DNA of 64,000 bases, taken from IMG/VR virus record IMGVR_UViG_3300027710_000009, one strand, 5' to 3'. The DNA comes from a virus (lineage: Duplodnaviria; Heunggongvirae; Uroviricota; Caudoviricetes). Under the pieces are notes generated by a model, which was not told where the DNA came from, made no database searches, and saw only the letters and a program-made list of their open reading frames with translations. Of this stretch, positions 58,455 through 64,000 are shown piece after piece. The translations under genes were made by a program, and so were the position numbers. Position 1 is the first letter of the stretch, and the number at the start of each line of letters is the position of its first letter.

Positions 58455-58871
58455 TTATGCCGCTACTGTGCTGGCGTATCCGTGCAAAACTATTACAGTT
58501 TGTCCAAACGGAGGTGCTGAAGTAAATGTAATTGTTGTACCGCTGACTGTGTATGCCACACCAGGATTTTGAAAAATGTTACCAACAACCACAATAATAC
58601 GAGTTTCTTGTCCTGCAGAATAACTCTGACTCATTGTAAATGGTGTGGTGAATCCATCGCCAGTGAATGTGTCTTTAGTAACGTTAACCGGACCTTCACG
58701 TGTGAGCGTGTTCCATTGAGCACTGTAGTATACTTCTACCAAGTTGGTATCTGTGTTGAATCTAAAGTCACCTGAAATTGGTGTGAGTGGACGTAGACTT
58801 GTTGGGCCAAATGGCATGACTGCGCCACTGCCAGCTGTTCTAATCCTGTCGTTTTTAAGATGTCGTCCCAT
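58455..58871 (-). CDS. Small structural protein
   Basis: P.G...RP...GDFRFNT; FTGDG...Y.V.G..ITF..APP modules shared with its neighbours. Confidence 0.7.
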   Translation of the reverse strand: MGRHLKNDRIRTAGSGAVMPFGPTSLRPLTPISGDFRFNTDTNLVEVYYSAQWNTLTREGPVNVTKDTFTGDGFTTPFTMSQSYSAGQETRIIVVVGNIFQNPGVAYTVSGTTITFTSAPPFGQTVIVLHGYASTVAA

Positions 58872-58872
58872 A

Positions 58873-59199
58873 TTAGATATTTGTAAAGCTCACTGTGGCA
58901 ATGAGCAAATTGTCAGTTAGATTATCCACCCCCACGTTGCCTTGAATTGAATCGCCTGTGTCTAATAGAATACGTTCATTTTCTAAAATGTATGTATCAC
59001 CGCCTGCAATTCGCAAGTTATGGTAAATGACTGTGTTTGCATAATCTGTACTGCCGCTTGGCATTAAAAATATATTGCAAGTCAAAGTGTTTGCAGATTT
59101 ATTACACAAGTACATGGTGGTAACCGCAACATTGCTGTTTGCAGTCAAGATAGGCAATGCTGTTGCCGAGTACTTCATTGGAGAATTGGTAATTGCCAT
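58873..59199 (-). CDS. Small beta-sandwich structural protein
   Basis: 108 aa, beta-rich; coupled in the operon. Confidence 0.65.
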   Translation of the reverse strand: MAITNSPMKYSATALPILTANSNVAVTTMYLCNKSANTLTCNIFLMPSGSTDYANTVIYHNLRIAGGDTYILENERILLDTGDSIQGNVGVDNLTDNLLIATVSFTNI

Positions 59200-59211
59200 T
59201 CTTTATTTTTC

Positions 59212-59880
59212 CTAAAATATAATTGAGTAAACGATTGCTCTTTTTTTGCTAATAAGTTCTTCGCCAACCACTGTGCCATCACCGGTGGTAACATACACAC
59301 CTGTTCCACCAGCGGCAACATTGCCACCGTGAACGGTATTTCTGTCGCTGACCACGGCAGGAGCACTTGGATATATTTGCAAAGCTAGATTGCTGTTTAC
59401 TTTTATATACTGAGTGGTAACTCCTTCTGCGGCAATGCTCACATTGGTATTACTGGTCACCCAGTTTGGTCCTACATTCAAGTTGGCGCTCAACTCTGGT
59501 GCAAGATCTTCGTTTAATTTTGTTAGGCCTGTGCTGGTGGCAACAATGTTAGATTCAAGTCCGCTAGGGTCTTTTACTGTCCACGAATCAAAATCTTCAT
59601 TCCACAACAAATATGTGTTTGGAGAGCTGCCACGATTGACTTCAATACCAGCACTTAATGAAGGTGCCGCATCTGGCGCCAAATTTGCAGTAAGTGTAAT
59701 CTGGTTGTCAGTTATGTAAGTGTTTTGGATGTTTGCGGCAGTGTAGTTCAACAGGTATGTATCGCCATTGATACGCAGATTTCCGTTGATAATTACCACA
59801 TTTGAATCCAAAGTGATAGGATCACTTCTATTGACTGTGTTAATTGTGTATGGACCGCTAACGTTTTTAATAATGCTCAT
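59212..59880 (-). CDS. Structural protein
   Basis: TDNQITL...AGIEVNRG...LLWNE..DSW fibre-type motif. Confidence 0.7.
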   Translation of the reverse strand: MSIIKNVSGPYTINTVNRSDPITLDSNVVIINGNLRINGDTYLLNYTAANIQNTYITDNQITLTANLAPDAAPSLSAGIEVNRGSSPNTYLLWNEDFDSWTVKDPSGLESNIVATSTGLTKLNEDLAPELSANLNVGPNWVTSNTNVSIAAEGVTTQYIKVNSNLALQIYPSAPAVVSDRNTVHGGNVAAGGTGVYVTTGDGTVVGEELISKKRAIVYSIIF

Positions 59881-59920
59881 ATGAATTCGCCATTTGCTTT
59901 ATTTATGCGGTAAGGAGCTC

Positions 59921-59948
59921 AAACAAAAAGAGGGCCGAAGCCCTCTTT
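59921..59948 (-). terminator. Intrinsic terminator
   Basis: AAAGAGGGC-TTCG-GCCCTCTTTTTGTTT. Confidence 0.8.
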
Positions 59949-59971
59949 AGGATCCACTGCAAACGAGGATA

Positions 59972-60700
59972 TTAAGCGTTGGCTAACACAACAGTAGGTA
60001 GTTCTACTACTGATGGGCCGTCTGCGGCTGATGGGTTTCCACCGCTGGTGCCTGCTTCTGCAGATCCAGTAATGGTCCATTTTGCAGTATCACCATCAGG
60101 AACATCAAATCCTGTGCCGCCGTCGGTGTTTTGTACCAATTCAACTTTGTTCTTGTTGATCTTCTTGACCCAGTATGTGCTGCTTTGGCTGTCTGTAGCA
60201 ACAATGGCCATTTCGCCAGCGGCGCTTGGTGTAGCGGCCACTAGCTTGCAAACTGCGGTGCCGTCTTGCGATCTAACTCTAAAACGCTTGCTACCAACTT
60301 GTTTCAAAATGTCGTTGCCAGTGGTGCGGTTTGTGGAACTGATACGCACTTGCGGTGCCAGTGCATTAGCACGAGCAGTTGCAGCCGATACGGAAGTTAA
60401 TACTGCTGTCAAAGTTAGTGTACCTTGTGTGCCTGTGTCTGCAGAGATAGTTGCTGATGTGTAGCCAGAACCAACTGTGCTAATGGACACGTTGCCAATT
60501 ACACCGTTTGCAAAAGCATTGACAGTACCAACTGCTTGTGTACTACCTGCAATCTGCGGTGCAGAAATTGTTAGTGCATCACCTGTTGTGTAGCCAGATG
60601 AATTGTTAGTGCCACCTAATGTGACACTGGAGATACCTTCACCGCCAATGTTGTCGGGGTTTGATTCACCAAAGAATTTTTTATTTAGAGGACGTCCCAT
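59972..60700 (-). CDS. Probable capsid decoration / structural protein (start moved to MGRPLNKK)
   Basis: AGGAG SD before ATG 60700; directly downstream of the capsid gene; Thr/Gly-rich. Confidence 0.65.
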   Translation of the reverse strand: MGRPLNKKFFGESNPDNIGGEGISSVTLGGTNNSSGYTTGDALTISAPQIAGSTQAVGTVNAFANGVIGNVSISTVGSGYTSATISADTGTQGTLTLTAVLTSVSAATARANALAPQVRISSTNRTTGNDILKQVGSKRFRVRSQDGTAVCKLVAATPSAAGEMAIVATDSQSSTYWVKKINKNKVELVQNTDGGTGFDVPDGDTAKWTITGSAEAGTSGGNPSAADGPSVVELPTVVLANA

Positions 60701-60797
60701 TTGTTTTCTCCTTAATATGATTAGCGTTCTAGGCCTACGCGGTGGGTACCGCATAAGTTACTTGAGTGTCAAGTGAACATTATATTTACCTAATAGT

Positions 60798-60826
60798 TTG
60801 CTTTGTAGTTGTGTCTGCTATATAAT
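60798..60826 (+). promoter_or_regulatory. sigma70-type promoter for a small RNA
   Basis: TTGCTT-17-TATAAT. Confidence 0.7.
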
Positions 60827-60830
60827 AGCT

Positions 60831-60900
60831 ACAGGTGCTAGTCAGACAGCATCCTGTTTAGTTGGTACCCGAGTGTAGAAATATGCTCGGGTATTTTTTT
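60831..60900 (+). ncRNA. ~70-nt small RNA candidate
   Basis: Promoter, hairpin ACAGGTGCT...AGCATCCTGT, short linker, terminator TACCCGAG...CTCGGGTA-T7; no ORF. Confidence 0.65.
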
Positions 60901-60907
60901 AGCCAAC

Positions 60908-60930
60908 AAAAAAGCGCCTTGCGGCGCTTT
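60908..60930 (-). terminator. Intrinsic terminator after the capsid gene
   Basis: AAAGCGCC-GCAA-GGCGCTTTTTT. Confidence 0.85.
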
Positions 60931-60969
60931 CCTGCTCTTCCCATCCCTGAGTCGATTTTACTTTTGTGA

Positions 60970-62151
60970 TTACTGGAAAGACAAAGTACCAGAAGTGATA
61001 CCAATCTTGCCCAGGTAGTCGCCAGCATTGCCAAGAGACGATGCTGTGTTGGTCAATTCTACATAACCATAACGTGTCATAAAGCCCACGACTGGTTCGA
61101 ATGTAGCTGGATCCAGCACAACGCCAGAGCTCATTAGCGGTACGTATGGGCAATAGAACGCGGCAGCATCTGCCTCGCTAGAACCTTTGTAACCGATAAG
61201 AACTGCTGTGCCTGTGTTAGCATAGCTGTCAACGTAAACACGCATTGCGCCGTTCAATGTACCAACAAACTTGGTGTTTGTAGGTGCTTCGAAAGTGCCT
61301 TCTGTAGTGCGAGCAAAAGCAGAAGTTGTAGCAGACTGAAGAACTGTTAGAGCCTCAGCAGATACAACTGCCCAGTTTGCCGCGCCACGACGTGTACGCT
61401 GAGCGATCAAGTTAGCAGTACGGTTGATTAGAACTGCCAATGCGGCATGCTCGTCACCAACGAATGTAGCTGTACCAGAAACGCTTGACTGGTCATATGT
61501 GAATTCAGTTGCGGCCAAAGAACGTAGGCTAGCTAGGATTTCTTGGTCAATTTCAACTGTGATTTCTTGTGCAAGTGCGGCCATGATTTCTGCCTCAACA
61601 TCCAAACCATGCATGGCTTGTGCGTCTTGAGCAGCTTCAAATGTCCAACGTGCTGACAACTTACGAGTCTTAGCTTCAACAACTTGTTTCAAGATTTGAA
61701 CATTGATACGATTACCTGGTACGCCTTCTAGTGTAGCTGTGTTGCTAGCTCTAGAAGTTGCGCTGTTACCGGAGTAAGCAGTAGCAATACGGAATGGGCT
61801 TAGAGCCTCATCACCGGCTGTTGCGCCATCACCGCTTGTGGTTGCGCTAACTGTGTCAGCGTAACGTACACGTAGTGTATGGATTTGTGCAACTGGACCT
61901 GTCATAGGTTGTACACCAACGATTTCGTTAGCAATAACGGTTGGCATAACGCGACGGATCACTGGCAGAATCACGCGATTCAATGTAGCTACGTTGCTTG
62001 AAGCTGTAGCGCCACCTGTTGCATTTTCTGACAGATACTTGCGGGTGTTCTCTAGGATTACACCCATTGTAGTTCTTTTAGAACCATTTAGGCCTTCTAA
62101 CAGGGCATCTTTTGTTTCGCCCCAACGGCTCTCTAGTAGTGCGGTTGTCAT
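60970..62151 (-). CDS. Major capsid protein (gp23-like)
   Basis: ILPVIRRVMP..IA.EIVGVQPMTGP; AKTRKLSARWT.E.AQD; EIDQEI; FYCPYVPL; GFMTRYG. Confidence 0.97.
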   Translation of the reverse strand: MTTALLESRWGETKDALLEGLNGSKRTTMGVILENTRKYLSENATGGATASSNVATLNRVILPVIRRVMPTVIANEIVGVQPMTGPVAQIHTLRVRYADTVSATTSGDGATAGDEALSPFRIATAYSGNSATSRASNTATLEGVPGNRINVQILKQVVEAKTRKLSARWTFEAAQDAQAMHGLDVEAEIMAALAQEITVEIDQEILASLRSLAATEFTYDQSSVSGTATFVGDEHAALAVLINRTANLIAQRTRRGAANWAVVSAEALTVLQSATTSAFARTTEGTFEAPTNTKFVGTLNGAMRVYVDSYANTGTAVLIGYKGSSEADAAAFYCPYVPLMSSGVVLDPATFEPVVGFMTRYGYVELTNTASSLGNAGDYLGKIGITSGTLSFQ

Positions 62152-62178
62152 TTCTTTTTCCTTCTCCTGTTTAGGGTT

Positions 62179-63276
62179 TTACTTTAGCCCTGCTAAACGC
62201 TTGATTTCAATCACGTTAGTGAAATCTTCAGTGGCGCTGACCTTAGCAGTCTTATCACCAGTTACTGCCGAACGACCTTCGCTGAGCATAGCTTTTGGCT
62301 GCGCTTTAACTGGGGTGTTGTTCAACACGGCTGGAAGATACTTATCAAATGCTTGCTGAAGTTTGTCAGCTTGCACTGATTCAAGAAGTTCGCTCATGAT
62401 TGAAGCTTTCTCCTTGTTCAAAGGCTTCAACAAGTTTACAAGGATTTCCTTGCGAGTTGTTGACTCTTTGATAATCTTAATTTCTTTTTCTTTACTTTCC
62501 ACCAGTGCGGTTTTTTCTTCTGCCGCACGTGTAGCTTCTGCTAACTTCTGTGACTGAGTGTTCATTTCTACACGTAGTTTAGCAATCTCACGATTCTCAT
62601 TGAGGTGTGTGACTGCAAACTCACTAGCAAAAGCTTCAAACAAACGACGACCAAACATGTTCTCGCGAGCAACTTGGATGTCTTCTTTGAGCTGAACCAT
62701 TTCAGTTTGTAGATTATTAGCAATAGCTTCCTTTACCAACTTGGCGCTACGTGTAACAAACTGACCTTTTAACTTGGTCAATTCTTGCTTGGCTTCTGAC
62801 ACCAAACGAACACGAGCTTCTACCACTGCTCTCTTATCTGTTTCAAATTCTTGAATTTCTTCGGCCAGAGCAGAAACAACAAACTTCTCAAGACGGCTTA
62901 CGCTTTCTTGATAGTTTTTGCGATCTGCACGTAGTTCTTTCAATTCTTCGGCTAGCTTGCTAACCATGAACTGATCAAACTTGTTTGCGTTCTCAACCAT
63001 GCGAGTTTGGAACTTCACACGATCTTCAGCAAGGGCACGTTTTTCTTCTGCGAACTCTTTAATTTCAGTAGAGAGAGCTTCGGTAACCATGTTGTCTAAG
63101 GCATCAACCATTACACTTTTATCATGCTCGTAGCGTTGCGCAAATTCTTCACGCAACTCTGCACGTATAGTTTCACGTGCTTCGTGAAGCTTGGTTTCCC
63201 ATGCTTCTGAAATAGCTTGATGGGTGTCTTCGTTAACAATACCGGCGTCAACCAGCGGTTTGATAGCATCAAACAT
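62179..63276 (-). CDS. Prohead core scaffold (gp22-like)
   Basis: Long Glu/Lys coiled coil between the protease and capsid genes. Confidence 0.85.
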   Translation of the reverse strand: MFDAIKPLVDAGIVNEDTHQAISEAWETKLHEARETIRAELREEFAQRYEHDKSVMVDALDNMVTEALSTEIKEFAEEKRALAEDRVKFQTRMVENANKFDQFMVSKLAEELKELRADRKNYQESVSRLEKFVVSALAEEIQEFETDKRAVVEARVRLVSEAKQELTKLKGQFVTRSAKLVKEAIANNLQTEMVQLKEDIQVARENMFGRRLFEAFASEFAVTHLNENREIAKLRVEMNTQSQKLAEATRAAEEKTALVESKEKEIKIIKESTTRKEILVNLLKPLNKEKASIMSELLESVQADKLQQAFDKYLPAVLNNTPVKAQPKAMLSEGRSAVTGDKTAKVSATEDFTNVIEIKRLAGLK

Positions 63277-63286
63277 TACCTATCTC

Positions 63287-63922
63287 CTATAGTTTCAAAT
63301 CATTGATCAGGCGCACAACTGCCTCTTTCAGATACTTCTGAACTTTTTGATTATGTACTGCATCACCTGCTACCTCCATCACTCTATGACCGCCTCTCAT
63401 GTTGAGTAGACCTTCATAAATTGCTTTTGGATATGCGTGAGGTGCAGATGGTTGTGCTACAATGTCCACAGTGATTATTTCAAAATCACTGACATGACCA
63501 GAGCCTTCGTTTACGTTTCCGCTTCCACGACTGCTCACTCCTAACTTAACACCACTAGTTAACATGGCTTTCACCAGTTCACCCATTGGGGTTGGTAGAA
63601 TCTTTAGTTTACCTATGCCCGCATGTCCGTCCATGTACATTTCTGTAATCATGTGGCTCACGCGGTCAAGGTTAATTTTTAAGTCATCTGGATGATCAAC
63701 TTCACCCAGTACACTTTTTCCGCTTCTTAGTTGCTCGTTGATTTGGCCTACAGCTTTTTCAATCTCAGGAATTGGATAGATACGTTTGTTCTCGTTTCTA
63801 ATTCCACCCTCGATGCATGTACCCTTAAGATACCAGTTTTTCTTGCCGTCTGGAGCTTCTTCGTTGAGAAGCTCCAGCTTGGCTGCATCAAAGGTAAGAT
63901 TTTCTTTTAAGTACACTGCCAT
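63287..63922 (-). CDS. Prohead protease (gp21-like)
   Basis: N.NKRIYP; LGEVDHP; RVSH; TPMG; LGVSSRGSG; DIVAQPSAP.A. Confidence 0.95.
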   Translation of the reverse strand: MAVYLKENLTFDAAKLELLNEEAPDGKKNWYLKGTCIEGGIRNENKRIYPIPEIEKAVGQINEQLRSGKSVLGEVDHPDDLKINLDRVSHMITEMYMDGHAGIGKLKILPTPMGELVKAMLTSGVKLGVSSRGSGNVNEGSGHVSDFEIITVDIVAQPSAPHAYPKAIYEGLLNMRGGHRVMEVAGDAVHNQKVQKYLKEAVVRLINDLKL

Positions 63923-63935
63923 ATAATTTGCCTAA

Positions 63936-64000
63936 TTACTTTGCGCGGCCAGGTGCGCCATTTAGTGGGCTGTTAGCATTTACGCTTTGCTCACCAGTTT
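63936..64000 (-). CDS. 3' end of an upstream gene (probably a prohead core protein), truncated by the window
   Basis: Open frame ...TGEQSVNANSPLNGAPGRAK* ending 14 nt before the protease start. Confidence 0.55.
   Translation of the reverse strand, partial: TGEQSVNANSPLNGAPGRAK

Noticed and set aside
36039-60464. Many plus-strand ORFs opposite the fibre genes
   Set aside because: Antisense shadows caused by the codon bias of the Thr/Gly/Val/Ala-rich minus-strand genes.
3176-63922. Alternative genetic code
   Set aside because: Conserved genes are full length in code 11, TAA, TAG and TGA all end genes, and no suppressor tRNA was seen.

Overview
Window from a large T4-like (myovirus-type) tailed-phage genome, almost entirely transcribed on the minus strand. 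Bases 1-3.85 kb form a non-coding RNA island: seven free-standing tRNAs (two atypical), a ~890-nt GOLLD-like giant RNA with an embedded tRNA-Lys-like domain, several stem-bracketed small-RNA cassettes, tandem sigma70-type promoters, and an unannotated 46-codon leader peptide coupled to a terminator/antiterminator switch. 5-9 kb holds the recombination module (uvsY, uvsX, gp32). The rest is morphogenesis: terminase large and probable small subunit, gp4, tube, a sheath with a large insertion, neck gp13/gp14, gp15, dNMP kinase, Nudix, a 3940-aa repetitive fibre, further fibre or decoration proteins, then gp23, gp22 and gp21. The capsid, sheath and neck sequences recall RaK2/GAP32/Atu_ph07-like jumbo phages (from recall, not searched). 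The most striking unexplained element is the leader peptide, which uses 40 different codons in 46 and all 20 amino acids and may be a general tRNA-starvation attenuator upstream of the tRNA/GOLLD cluster. All calls are by eye; no database search was run.
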